From Chiloscyllium plagiosum (lineage: Eukaryota): 54,299 nt of DNA. This document shows positions 12,591 through 25,749 of the stretch, in pieces. Positions within the stretch are counted from its first letter, which is position 1. Every line of letters begins with the position of its first letter. The position numbers and the translations under genes were made by a program. The notes beneath the pieces were generated by a model. It was not told the origin of the DNA. It made no database searches and worked only from the letters and a program-made list of their open reading frames with translations. The stretch spans positions 23,245,686-23,299,984 of the forward strand of contig NC_057719.1 in assembly GCF_004010195.1 (NCBI RefSeq), written 5' to 3'.

Positions 12591-13397
12591 TCAAGCTACT
12601 CCATTTATTTATATTTTCAAAATGTATACTTCTTATATATACTTTGTCGAAAATATTTGCTACCCTTAAAGCATTCAAAGTCTAAAAGCAGTTAAAAATT
12701 GACCGAGATCTCATTGATTGTTCATCTATTTTTCATTTTAAAATTCTTATATTTTTACGCAATGATATTTCAGAGCACTGTTACTTGTTTTTTCTTTAGT
12801 ATGTAACTGAAGTGTGCAGATTTTTCTTATTTGTTACATTTTACACCACCAATACCTCTGTGGGGTCAAATAGATTGTTTCAAATGGCTCCTATCAATTT
12901 TAAAAGGAGTTTGCAGAACTGGTTCAAGAGTTTAAATGGCCTACTCCTGTAGCTATGTTCTAATAATTGCATTGATAAATTGATTCTGTGTGATGCACTT
13001 TGTTATTTAAATGAAAACAAAGGATAAAAATCTTTTGTCTGAAAAATTCAAATAATTTTCTTTTTGTATTCTGAAGACAATAGAGTCATTGAAAAAGTTT
13101 TGAAAACAACCAAGTTGTCTGCAGAGAGTAAAAGATACTTCAAAGTGAAAACTGTTGATTCTCCTTTCAATTGTCAATGTTGAAAGAGTTAAAATAGTGA
13201 AACATCAAAGCAATGGCATGCAATAGTTTGTATAAAGGTTACTCAGTACAAAAACAGATGTGAAGATTTTTGCCCACAGTCATGATTCCCATGAGTGAAC
13301 TATGGTATTTTCCCAGATAACTAGTTTCCTGAATTCTTTGTATAAGGAGGCACTTACACCATTTATAATACAGTCTTCTGATTTTGTCTGGGACACA

Positions 13398-15420
13398 GAG
13401 TCATAGAGTCATAGAGATGTACAGCATGGAATCCCAGTCCCACCTGCCAGCACCTGGCCCATATCCCTCCAAACCCTTCCTATTCATATACCCATCCAAA
13501 TGCCTCTTAAATGTTGCAATTGTACCAGCCTCCACCACTTCCTCTGGCAGCTCATTCCATACATGTACCATCCTCTGTGTAAAAAAGTTGCACCTTATGT
13601 CACTTTTATATCTTTCCCCTCTCACCCTAAACCTATGCCCTCTAGTTCTGGACTCCCCAAGCCCAGGGAAAAGATTTTGTCTACTTATCTTATCCATGCC
13701 CCTCATAATTTTGTAAATCCCTCAGCCTCCGACGCTCCAGGCAAAACAGCCCCAGCCTGTTCAGCCTCTCCCTGTAGCTCAAATCCTTCAACCCTGGCAA
13801 CATCCTTGTAAATCTTTTCTGAACCCTTTCAAGTTTCACAACATCTTTCCGATACGAAGGAGACCAGAATTGCACGCAATATTCCAACAGTGGCCTAACC
13901 AATGTCCTGTATAGCTGCAACATGACCTCCCAACTCCTGTACTCAACACTCTGACCAATAAAGGAAAGCATACCAAACGCCTTCTTTACTATCCTATCTA
14001 CCTGTGACTCCACTTTCAAGGAACTAGGAACCTGTACTCCAAGGTCTCTTTGATCAGCAACACTCCCTAGGACCTTACCATTAAGTGTATAAGTCCTGCT
14101 AAGGTTTGCTTCCCAAAATGCAGCACCTCGCATTTATCTGAATTAAACTCCATCTGCCACTTCTCAGCACATTGGCCCATCTGGTCCAGATCCTGTTGTA
14201 ATCTGAAGTAACCCTCTTCGCTGTCCACTACACCTCCAATTTTGGTGTCATCTGCAAACTTACTGACTGTACCTCTTATGCTCACATTCAAATCATTTAT
14301 GTAAATAACAAAAAGTAGAGGACCCAGCGTCAATCCTTGTGATCACAGGCCTCCAGTCTGGAAAACAACCCTCCACCACCACTCTTTGTCTTCTACCTTT
14401 AAGCCAGTTCTCTATCCAAATGGCTAGTCCTCCCTGTATTCCGTGAGATCTAAGCTTGCTAATCAGTCTCCCATGGGGAATCTTATCGAATGCTTTACTG
14501 AAGGCCATATAGATCACATCTATTGCTCTGCCCTCATCAATCTTCTTTGTTACTTCTTCAAAAAACTCAATCAAATCTGTGAGACGTGATTTCCCACACA
14601 CAAAGCCATGTTGACTATCGCTAATCAGTCCTTGCTTTTCCAAATACATGTACATCCTGTCCCTCAGGATTCTCTCCAACAATTTGCTCACCACCGACGT
14701 CAGGCTCACTGGTCTATAGTTCTCTGGCTTGTCCTAACCATCCTTCTTAAACAGTGACACCACGTTAGCCAAATTCCAGTCTTCCGGCACCTCACCTGTG
14801 ACTATTGATGAATGCAAATATCTCAGCAAGAGGCCCAGCAATCACTTCTCTAACTTCCCACAGAGTTCTTGGGTACACCTGATCAGTTCCTGGGGATTTA
14901 TCCACCTTTATGCATTTCAAATCATCCAGCACTTCCTCCTCTGTAATTTAGACATTTTGCAAGGTGTCACCATCTATTTCCGTACACACTATATCTTCCA
15001 TATCCTCTTCCACAATAAATACTGATGCAAAATATTCATTTAGTATCTCCCCCATTTTCTGCGGCTCCACACAAAGACTGCCTAGCTGATCTTTGAAAGA
15101 CCCTATTTTCTCCCTAGTTACCCTTTTGTCCTTAACACATTTGTAAAAACCTTTGGATTCTCCTTAATTCTATTTGCCAAAGCTATCTCATGTCCCCTTT
15201 TTGCCCTCCTGATTTCCCTCTTAAGTATACTCCTACTGCCTTTATACTCTTCTAAGGAGTGACTCAATCTATCCTGTCTGTACCTGACATATGCTTCCTT
15301 CTTTTTCTTAACAAAACCCTCAATTTCCTTAGTCATCCAGCATTCCCTATACCTACCAGCCTTCCTTCACCCTGACAGGAATATACTTTCTTTGGATTCT
15401 TGTTATCTCATTTCTGAAGG
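13398..15420 (-). mobile_element. CR1 LINE, 5'-truncated, frameshifted ORF2
   Basis: ORF pieces with QHGFV, FSKAFDKIPH, YINDL, KFADDTK; tail AGAGTCATAGAGTCATAGAG. Confidence 0.95.
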
Positions 15421-15950
15421 CTGAGTGCAAATGGTGGGGTTAAGTGGACCCAGAAAGAGGGAGTGCAGGAGTGTCAGCCTCTGCAATTGTCCAATAGATT
15501 TAACACTGGCTGAAAGTGAGGGCTACAAGGCCCGTAGACAAACTGCCCATGACACCATGGAACAGGAAACCATTCAAATGGTGGGAATAAAAGGGAATGT
15601 ATTAGGCAAGATGGGTGTGTTGCCTGCCCTGTGCCAGAGATTGGAAAAGCTGTTGACAGCTAGAAAGGAATGTGCAGTGGGAGAGGACAGATCCAGGCAT
15701 CATGGTTAATGGAGGTAACAATTACAAATGAAGAACAGGAAAAATATTCTGCATCGAGACTATGACGAGTTGGGCAATAATTAAAAATGTAGAACTTCTA
15801 AGGTTATAATCTCTGGATTATTCACTGAGCTCTGAATGCGAATTGGGATACTGTGTGTAAAGCTAAAGGCGAATACATGGTTCAGAGATGAATGTAAGAG
15901 TTCTGGTTATAAAAACAAATCCAGTAATAGCTGTAAATCAGGAGAAATTT
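15421..15950 (+). pseudogene. Old CR1 ORF1 (SGNH esterase-like) remnant
   Basis: GTGTGTTGCCTGCCCTGTGCCAGA (VCCLPCAR) and AAGGTTATAATCTCTGGATTA (KVIISGL) match ORF1 at 19397-19765. Confidence 0.6.
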
Positions 15951-15992
15951 GGTGGAATGAGGATTATGAGGGAGCTGTTCCATCATCAGGTG

Positions 15993-16118
15993 CTGATGAA
16001 GGGCTTACGCCTGAAACATTGACTCCCCTGCTCCTCGCATGCTGCCTGATCTGCTGTGCCTTTCCAGTGCCAGACTTTTCGACTCTGATCTCCAGCCATC
16101 TGCATTACTCACTTTCTG
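15993..16118 (+). mobile_element. Penelope-like LTR end with hammerhead core
   Basis: CTGATGA-A-GGGCTTACGCCT-GAAA-CATT, then GATCTCCAGC...CTCACTTTC end as at 27424 and 44021. Confidence 0.75.
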
Positions 16119-16230
16119 CTAGTGAGAGAGGAAGACCTTAGACATAGGAGTTATAAGGAAAAGATCAAATGGTCATACAACTCATCCGAACAAAATGAAC
16201 ACACCTAAGATGTCTCTTAAGTCTTTAATC

Positions 16231-16318
16231 AGTTTCAAATAAACTTGTTGGACTATAAGCTGGTGTCGTGTGATTTTTGAACATGTCCAACCCAGTCCAC
16301 CACTGGCACCTCCACATA
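16231..16318 (+). mobile_element. Penelope-like LTR fragment (12378 family)
   Basis: TTTCAAATAAACTTGTTGGACTATAA...GGCACCTCCACAT. Confidence 0.65.
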
Positions 16319-16400
16319 ATCATGAGGGAGGTAGTACCATGATAAAGGATAGAGCTGCAGATGGACAACTCATTGCATTCAAAAGATTTCATCCTTAGGT

Positions 16401-19400
16401 AGAACATAGAACGTAGAATAATACAGCGCAGAACAGGCCCTTCGACCCTTGATGTTGCGCCGATCTGTGAACTATTCTCAGCTCTACACTATCCCAAAGT
16501 CATCCATGTGCTTATCTAAGGATTGTTTAAATCTCCCTAATGTGGCTGAGTTGACTACATTAGCAGGTAGGATATTCCACGCCCTTACCACTCTCTGTGT
16601 AAAGAACCTACCTCTGACATCTGTCTTAAATCTATCACCCCTCAATTTGTAGTTATGCCCCCTCATACACGCTGATGTCATCAGCCTAGCAAAAAGACTT
16701 TCACTGTCTACCCTCTCTAATCCTCTGATCATCTTGTATGTCTCTATCAAATCCCCTCTTCACCACCTTCTTGCCAATGAGAACAGACCCAAGTCTCTCA
16801 GCCTTTCCTCATAAGACCTTTCCTCCAGACCAGGCAACATCCTGGTAAATCTCCTCTGCATCTTTTCCAATGCTTCCACATCCTTCCCGATATATGGGGA
16901 CCAGAACTGTACACGATATTCCAAGTGTGGCTGCACCAGCGTGTTGTATAGTTGCAGCATGATATTGCAGCTCTAGAACTCAATCCCTCTATGAATGAAA
17001 CCTAGCACATTGTATGCCTTCTTAACAGCACTATTGACCTGGGTGGCAAATTTCAGAGATCTATGTACATGGACTCCAAGATCCCTCTGCACATCCACAC
17101 TGCCAAGAATCTTTCCAATGACTCAGTACTCTGCCTTACTGTCATTCTTCCCAAAGTGCATCACCTCACATTTAGCTGCATTGAACTCCATTTACCACCT
17201 TTCAGCCCAATTCTGCAGTTTATCCAAGTCCCCCTGCAACCTGTACCATTCTTCCACACTGTCCACTACTCCACTGACTTTAGTGTCATCTGCAAATTTA
17301 TTAATCCATCCAGCTATGCCTGCGTCTAAGTCATTTATAAAAATGACAAACAGCAGTGGTCCCAAAACAGATCCTTGTGGCACACTAGCAACCGGACTCC
17401 AGGCTGAATATTTTCCATCAACCACCACTTCTTTCAGAAAGCCAGTTTCTAATCCAAACTGCTAAATCACCCTCAATTCCATGCCTCTGCATTTTCTCCA
17501 ACAGCCTAACATGTGGAACCTTATCAAAGGCTTTACTGAAGTCCATGTATACCACGTCAACTGCCCTACCCTCATCTACATGCTTGGTCACCTTCTCAAA
17601 AAACATAATGAGGTTTGTGAGACATGACCTGCCCTTGACGAAACCATGTTGACTATCTGAAATCAAATTGTTGTTTACTAGATGATTATAAATCTTATCT
17701 CTTATAATCCTTTCCAAAACCTTTCCTACAACAGAAGTAAGGCTCACTGGTCTATAATTACCTGGGTCATCTCTGCTGCCCTGCTTGAACAAGGGCACAA
17801 CATTTGCAATCCTTCAGTCCTCTGGTACCAAACCTGTAGACAATGATGACTCAAATATCAAAGCCAAAGGCTCTGCTAGCTCCTTCCTAGCTTCCCAGAG
17901 AATCCCCGGATAAATCCCATCCGGCCCAGGGGACGTGTCTACTTTCACTCCTTCTAGAATTGATAACACCTGCTCATAACGAACCTCGATCCTTTCTAGT
18001 CTAATATCTCGTACCTCATTCTTCTCCTCTACAATATTCTCCTTTTCCTGAGTGAACACCAATGAGAAATGTTCGTTTAACACCTCTCCAATCTCCACAG
18101 GGTCCACACTCAACTTCCCACTTCTGTATTTTATTGGCCCTATTCCTACCCTAATCACCATTTTATTCCTCAAAAACCTATAGAAAGCTTTAGAGTTCTC
18201 CTTTATTCTGTTTGCTAAAGACTGCTCATGTCCTCGCTTTGCTCTTCTTAACTCTCACTTTAAATCGTTCCTAGCTGATCTGTAACTCTTCATCGCCTCA
18301 TCTGAACCCTCTTGCCTCATCAACACATAAGCCTCCTTCTTCTTCGTAACAAGAGATGTAATTTCTGTTGGAAACCACAGTTCCCCTACCTTATCACTTC
18401 CTCCTGCCTGACACGGACATACCTATCAAGGACACGCAATATCTGTTCCTTAAACCAGCTCCACATTTCCATTGTCTGCATACCCTGCATTTTGCTACCC
18501 CATTCTATGCATTCTAATTCTTGCCTAATCGCATTATAATTGTCTTTACCCCATCGATAACTCTTGACCTGTGGCATGTACCTATCCCTTTCCATCGCTA
18601 AACTAAACGTAACTGAATTATGATCACTCTCTCCAAAGTGCTCACCTACAACTAAATCAAACACCTGGCCTGGTTCATTACCAAGCACCAGATACAGTGT
18701 GGCCTCCCCTCTTGTCGGCCCTTCGACATACTGTATCAGGAAACCCTCCTGTACACATTGGACAAAAATTGATCCATCCGACGTACTAGAGTTATAGCAT
18801 TTCCAGTCAATGTTGGGGAAGTTAAAGTCCCCCATAATGACCACCCTGTTCCTTTCACTCCTACCTAGAATAATTTTCCTAATCCTCTCTTCCACCTCCC
18901 TGGAACTCTGCGGAGGCCTATAAAAAACTCCTCTCCTCTCCTGTTTCTAACCTCAGCCCACACTACATCAGTAGGCGAGTCCTCATCAAAAGTTCTCTCA
19001 GCCACCGTTATACTATCCTTGACTAACAAGGCCACACCTCCCCCTCTTTTACCATCTTGCCTGTTCTTAATGAAAGATCTGAACCATGGAACCTGCAACC
19101 TGCTCACCCTGCTCTATCATGTCTCCGAAATGGCCACAACATCGAAGTCCCAGGTACCTATCCATGCTGCAAGCTCACCTACCTTATTTCAGATACTTCT
19201 GGTGTTGAAGTAGACACACTTCAAACCACTTCGTTGTCTGCCAGCACATTCCTGTGACCCTGAAATCCTGTCCCTGTCCTTCCTACTTTCATCCTCCTGT
19301 GCACTGCAACTACACCTCCGGTTCCCATCCCCCTGCTGAATAGCACCCGAATAGCACCAGCAAATTTCCTACCCAGGATATTAGTACCCCTCTGGTTCAG

Positions 19401-19786
19401 GTGAAGATCGTCTGTTTGCACAAGTTCTCCCTTCCCCAGAATGAGCCCCAATTATCCAAGAAGGTGAAACCCTCCCTCCTGCACCATCCGTGCAGCCACG
19501 TGTTCAGCTGATATCTCTCCCTATTCCTTGCCTCGCTATCACGTGGCATGGGTAACAAACCAGAGATAACAACTCTGTTTGTTCTAGCTCTCAGCTTCCA
19601 CCCTAGCTCCCTGAAATCCTGCCTTACATCCCTATCCCGCTTTCTATCTATGTCACTGGTACCTACGTGGACAATAACTTGAGGCTGGTCACCCTCTCCC
19701 TTCAGGACCCCAAAGATACGATCCAAGACATCACAGACCCTGGCACCTGGGAGGCAACACACCAACCGTGAGTCTCATTCGCTCCC
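16401..19786 (-). mobile_element. CR1 LINE with ORF1 C-terminal part and whole disrupted ORF2
   Basis: Esterase (MVCCLPGARV, VHVGTSD, DDLHLN), endonuclease (MGDFNFP, ESDHN), RT (NYRPVSLTS, KFADDTK); tail AGAACATAGAAC. Confidence 0.95.
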
Positions 19787-19821
19787 AACAAAGATGGTCT
19801 CAGAAGGATGGCTAATGAATG

Positions 19822-20108
19822 AATAAAGAACTGCTGCAGAAACTTAGCAGGTCTGGCAGCATCAGTCGAGAGAAAACAGAGTTAATGTCTCAAATTCAGT
19901 CATCCTTCTTCTGAAGTGACAATAAGTGAGAAAGTGTGGTATTTTATGCTGATGATAGAGAGTTGTGAGGTGTGAGGGAGTAGCAAATAGAATTCTTGGA
20001 CAGAGATCCCAGAGAGAGGAAGGAAAGAGAGAGACAAAGGATGGGAAAACAAAGCGATAGCTGCTGATAAGACGAGACAGTGATAAAACTAGGTAGGGTG
20101 CTCATATG
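19822..20108 (-). mobile_element. Old Penelope-like LTR, left part (appears to resume at 28119)
   Basis: AGCAGGTCTGGCAGCATC...AACAGAGTTAATG terminal motif followed by purine-rich LTR body. Confidence 0.6.
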
Positions 20109-20112
20109 ATTA

Positions 20113-20720
20113 AATAAAAACCGAAAGAACTGAGGATGCTGTAAACCAGAAACAAACACAGACATTGCTGAAAAAACCTCAGCAGATCTGGCAGCATCTG
20201 TGCAGAGAAATCAGAGTTAACATTTCGGGTCTGGTGACCCTTCCTCAGAACTGATGGTAGATAAAAAAATGTTGGTATATCTGCAGAAGATAGGTTGGAG
20301 GGAGGGGGTAAGAAGTAAATGATAAGTGGGGATAGAGCCGAAAGAGACAGAAGAACAGTTGGACAGAAAAAAAGAGTGGCTAGGAGGGTGACTATTAGTG
20401 GCTAACAATAGGTAGTGTGTAATGGTGGACTATGTGATAACAAGGTCTGGTGTGTGGGGTGGGGGGCTAGGACAGGGGGAAAGTTCAGGCCCTAAAATTA
20501 TTTAATCGATATTGAGCCCAGAGAGCTGCAGGGCACCCAAGTGGAAAATGAGATGCTGTTCTTCCAGTTTATGCTGAGCTTCGCTGGAACACTGCAGCAA
20601 ACCTGAAACAGAGATGTTGGCCAAGGAACAGAGTGATGTGTTCAAGTGGCAGGCACCTGGAAGCTCAGGGTCTTTTCTTGTGTGCAGCATGTAGATGTTC
20701 TGTGAAGCGATCATCCCGTC
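20113..20720 (-). mobile_element. Penelope-like element: GIY-YIG endonuclease C-terminus plus LTR
   Basis: ORF 20502-20777 ends SVSGLLQCSSEAQHKLEEQHLIFHLGALQLSGLNID, typical of PLE C-termini. Confidence 0.85.
20215..20252 (-). ncRNA. Minimal type I hammerhead ribozyme motif (PLE-associated)
   Basis: AGUU-CUGAGGA-A-GGGUC-ACCA-GACCC-GAAA-UGUU-AACU: core boxes, perfect 5-bp stem II, stem I AGUU/AACU. Confidence 0.62.
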
Positions 20721-20761
20721 TACACTTGTTATCACATAGACTGCCATTACACGCCAACAAT

Positions 20762-20985
20762 AGGTATTGTTAGCCACTAACGGTCTCCATTAATAGCCAT
20801 CCACCCTCATAGCCAAAGGATATCTGGTCGGCATGGACGGGTTGGACCGAAGGGTCTGTTTCCATGCTGTATATCTCTATGACTCTATGACTCCTTTGTC
20901 TGTCCAACTGCTCTTCTCTCCCTGAGAGTTCTATCCCCACCTATCATTTATTCCTTACCCCTCCCCCCACCCTACCTTTTGCATG
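20762..20985 (+). mobile_element. Inverted LTR arm of the Penelope element, first part
   Basis: Reverse complement of 20280-20410; continues at 27993. Confidence 0.75.
20818..20893 (+). mobile_element. CR1 3' UTR-only insertion (about 75 bp)
   Basis: GGATATCTGGTCGGCATGGAC...CTCTATGACTCTATGACTC. Confidence 0.85.
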
Positions 20986-22595
20986 ACCCTAGATGACAAG
21001 AGATATTGAGGCTTTGACCAGAAAAAAGGAGGTATGTCTCAGGTACAGGCAGATCAAGGGATTCCCTGGAGGTACATACGAGATACTGGAGTTTACTGAA
21101 GAAGGAAATCAGAAAGGTAAAAAGGGGGCATGAGATAACCATGGACTGAGAAGATTAGGGTGAATCCAAAGAGGTCTTTTAAGTATATTAAAGGCAAAAG
21201 ACTAACAAGACAGAGAATAGGACGCCTCAGGAACCAAAGTGGACATGTATGTGTAAAACCGCAGGAAATGGACGAGGTCCTCAATGTGTTTACCAAAGAG
21301 AAAGACATGAAGACTTGGGAAGTTGGGGAAGTTAGTGGTCATATCTTGGGGACAGTCTGTATCACAATAGAGGAAGTGTTGGATGTATTAGAATGTATGA
21401 AGGTCGATAAATCTCCTGGTCCTGACCAGATATATCTAAAAACACAGTTGGAGGCAAGAGAAGAAATTACGGGGGCCATGGCTGATATTTTTGTGAGCCA
21501 CGGGTGAGGTCCTGGAAGACTGGAGGGTAGCAAAAGTTGTGTCCTTATTCAAGAAGGGCTGCAAAGAGAAAACCTGCGAAGTGTAGACCAGTAAGCCTAT
21601 CATCTGTGGTAGGTAAGTTACTTGAGGAGATTATGAGAGATAAGATATATATGCATTTGGAAAGACAGGGCACGATTAGGAGTAGTCAGCATAGCTTTGT
21701 GCAGGGGAGATCATGCCTCACAAATTTGTTAGAGTTCTTTGATGAAGTAACCAGGAAGGTTGATGAAGGCAGGGTGGTGGGCGTAGTCAAAATGGATTTC
21801 AGTAAGGCCTTGGATAAGATTCCACATGTAGCCTGCTATGGAAGATTATATTGCATGGAATCCAGAGGGAGCTGGCAAATTGGACACACAATTGGCTTGA
21901 TGATAAGAAGCAGAGGGTAATAGTGGAAGGATACTTGTTGGAAGCCTGTGACTAGTGGAGTGCCTCAGGGATCAGTGCATGGCCTATTCCTGTTTGGGAT
22001 CTGTATCAATGATTTGGATGAGAATGTACAAGGCATAATTAGTAATTTTGCAGATGACACTGAAATAGGCAGTATTATGGGCAGTGAAGGAGGTTATCAG
22101 AAATTGCAGCAGGACCTTGATCAGCTGGGGAAGTGGGCTGAGAATGGCAATGCAGTTTAACATAGATATGTGTGAAGTCTTGTTTTGGAATGTCAAAACA
22201 AGGTTGGAGTTTCATGGTGAATGGTACGTTCTTAAGGAGTGTAATGGAACAGAAGGACCTTGGAGTTCAGGTGCACGGTTCTCTGAAAGTGGAGTCATAG
22301 GTAGATAGGATAGTGAAGAAGGCTTTTGGCACACTGGCCATCATCAGTCAGGGCATTGGGTATCCAAATTGGAAAGTTATGTTGCAATTGTAGAGGACAT
22401 TGGTAAGGCCCCAGTTGGAGTATTGTGTTCAGTTTTGGTCACCTTGCTATAGGAAGGATGTTATTAAAGTGGAAAGAGTGCAGAAGAAATTTACAAGGAT
22501 GTTGCCTGGACTCAATGATCTGAGTTATAGGGAGAGGTTCGACTCGCTAGGACATTTTTTCTTCAGTGTGTAGGAAACTGAAGGGAGATATTATA
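20986..22595 (+). mobile_element. CR1 LINE, left part (resumes 27624)
   Basis: NPKRSFKYI, KSPGPD, FSKALDKIPH, GVPQGSV, NFADDT. Confidence 0.93.
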
Positions 22596-22942
22596 CATCA
22601 TAGAATAGTATGCCACAGTACAGGCCCTTCAGCCCTCGATGTTGTGCCAACTTTTTATCCAACTCTAAGATCAAACTAACCGACATACCCTTCATTTTGC
22701 TATTATCTATGTGCCTATCCAAGAGTTGCTTAACTGGCGCTAATGTATCTGACTCTACTACCACAGCTGGCAGTGCATTCCACGCACCCGCCACTCTCTG
22801 TGTAAAGAACCTTCTTTTGACATCTCTCCTAAACCTTCTTCCAATCACGTTAAAATTATGCCCCCTCATGATAGCCATTTCCGTTCTGGGAAAAAAGTCT
22901 CTGACTATCCATTTTATCTATGCCTTTCATCATATTGTACAT
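22596..22942 (-). mobile_element. CR1 3' end, left part (resumes 27262)
   Basis: ORF 22591-22878 FFTQRVAGAWNALP; tail CATAGAA. Confidence 0.9.
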
Positions 22943-23928
22943 TTAGAGTCATAGAGCCATAGAGATGTACAGCATGGAAATAGACCCTTCAGTCCAACCT
23001 GCCCATGCCGACCAGATAGTCCAACCCAATCTAGTCCCACCTGCTAGCACCCGGCCCATATCCCTCCAAACCCTTCCTACTCATATACCCATTTAAATGC
23101 CTCTTAAATGTTGCAATTGTACCAGCCTCCACCACATCCTCTGGCAGCTCATTCCATACGGGTACCACCCTCTGAGTGAAAATGTTGACCCTTAGGTCTG
23201 TTTTATATTTTTCCCCTATCACCCTAAATCTATGCCCTCTAGTCCTGGACTCCTCGACCTCAGGGAAAAGACTTTGTCTTTTTATCCTATCTATGCCCCT
23301 CATAGTTTTGTAAACTTCCAAAAGGTCACTCCTCAGCTTCCGATGCTCCATGGAAAACAACCCCAACCTATTTAGCTTTTCCCTATAGCTCAGATCCTCC
23401 AACCCTGGCAACATCCTTGTAAATCTTTTCTGAATCCTTTCAAGTTTCACAACATCTTTCCAATAGGAAGGAGACCAGAATTGCATGCAATATTCCAACA
23501 GTGGCCTAACCAATGTCCTGTACAGCCGCAACATGACCTCCCAACTCCTGTACTCAATACTCTGACCAATAAAAGAAAGCATACCAAACGCCTTCTTCAC
23601 TATCCTATCTACCTGCGACTCCACTTTCAAGGAGCTATGAACCTGCACTCCAAGGTCTCTTTGTTCAGCAACACTCCCTAGGAACATACCATTGAGTGTA
23701 TAAGTCCTGCTAAGATTTGCTTTCCCAAAATGCAGCACCTCACATGCTAAGATTTGCTTTCCCAAAATGCAGCACCTCACATTTATCTGAATTCAACTCC
23801 ATCTGCCAATTCTCAGCCCATTGGCCCATCTGGTCCAGATCCTGTTGTAATCTGAGGTAAGCCTCTTCGTTGTCCACTGCACATCCAATTTTGGTGTCAT
23901 CTGCAAACTTACTAACTGTACCTCTTAT

Positions 23929-23955
23929 NNNNNNNNNNNNNNNNNNNNNNNNNNN
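23929..23955. other. Assembly gap (27 N)
   Basis: Run of N inside the CR1 RT region. Confidence 1.
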
Positions 23956-25749
23956 GCTCTGCCCTCATCAATCTTCTTTGTTACTTCTTCAAAAAACTCA
24001 ATCAAGTCTGTGAGACATGACTTTCCACGCACAAAGCCATGTTGACTATCGTTAATCAGTCCTTGCTTTTCCAAATACATGTACATCCTGTCCCTCAGGA
24101 TTCCCTCCAACAACTTGCCCACCACTGACATCAGGCTCACTGGTCTATAGTTCCCTGGCTTGTACTTACCACCTTTCTTAAACAGTCGCACCACGTTAGC
24201 CAAACTCCAGTCTTCTGGCACCTCACCTGTGACTATTGATGATACAAATGTCTCAGCAAGAGACCCAGCAATCACTTCTATAGCTTCCCACAGAGTTCTA
24301 GGGTACACCTGATCAGGTCCTGGGGATTTCTCCACCCCTATGCATTTCAAATAATCTAGCACGTCGTCCTCTGTATTTTAGACATTTTGCAAGGTGTCAC
24401 CATCTATTTCCGTACACACTATATCTTCCATATCCTTTTCCACAATAAATACTAACGCAAAATACTCGTTTAGTATCTCCCCCATTTTCTGCGGCTCCAC
24501 ACAAAGAACGCCTAGCTGATCTTTGAGGGACCCTATTTTCTCCCTAGTTTCCCTTTTGTCCTTAACACATTTGTAAAAACCCTTTGGATTCTTCTTAATT
24601 CTATTTGCCAAAGCTATCTCATGTCCCCTTTTTGCCTTCCTGATTTCCCTCTTAAGTGTACTCCTACTGCCTTTATACTCTTCTGAGCATTCACTTGGTC
24701 TATCCTGTCTCTACCTAACATATGTTTTCTTCTTTTTGTTAACCCTCAATTTCTTTAGTCATCCAGCATTCCCTATACCTACCAGCCTTTCCTTTCACCC
24801 TAACAGGAACATACTTTCTCGTTATCTCATTTCTGAAGGCTTCCCACTTTCCAGCCATACCTTTACCTGTGAACAGCTGCTCCCAATCAGCTTTTGAAAG
24901 TTATTGCCTAATACCATCAAAATTGGCCTTTCTCCAATTTAGAACTTCAACTTTTAGATCCAGCCTATCCTTTTCCATCACTATTTTAAATCTAATAGAA
25001 TTATGATCACTGGCCCCAAAGTGCTCCCCCACTGACACCCCTGTCACCTGCCCTGCCTTATTTCCCAAGAGTAGGTCAGGTTTTGCACATTCTCTCGTAG
25101 GTACATCCACATATTGAATCAGAAAGCTTTCTTGTACACACTTAACAAATTCCTCTCCATCTAAACCCTGAACACTATGGCAGTCCCAGTCTATGTTTGC
25201 AAAGTTAAAATCCCCTAGTATTCGTACAGATAGCTGATATCTCCTTCCAAAATTGTTTCTCAATTTCCCTCTGAATATTACGTGACAATACAATCCCAAT
25301 AAGGTTGTCATCCCTTTTTTATTTCTCAGTTCCACCCAAATAACTTCCCTGGATGTATTTCCAGGTATATCCTCCCTCAGCACAGCTGTAATGCTATGCC
25401 TTATCAAAAACACTACACCCCCTCCTATCTTGCCTCCCTTACTATCCTTCCTGTAGCATTTGTATCCTGGAACATTAAGCTGCCAGTCCCGCCCATCCCT
25501 GAGCCACGTTTCTATAATTGCTATGATATCCTAGTCCCATGTTCTTAACCATGCCCTGAGTTCATCTGCCTTCCCTGTTAGGCCCCTTGCATTGAAATAA
25601 ATGCAGTTTAATTTATTAGTCCTAACTTGTCCCTGCCTGCCCTGACTGTTTGACTCGCTTCTGTTCTCAACTGTATCAGTCTCAGATTGACCTCTTTCTT
25701 CACTATCTCCCTGGGTCCCCTCCTCCCACCTTACTAGTTTAAATCCTCC

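Noticed and set aside
13078..13183. Possible coding exon NRVIEKVLKTTKLSAESKRYFKV
   Set aside because: Atypical acceptor, no convincing donor and no recognisable homology.
23031..23780. 249-aa ORF, and the 256-aa ORF at 10477-11247, as functional genes
   Set aside because: C-terminal fragments of CR1 ORF2 with disrupted upstream frames.
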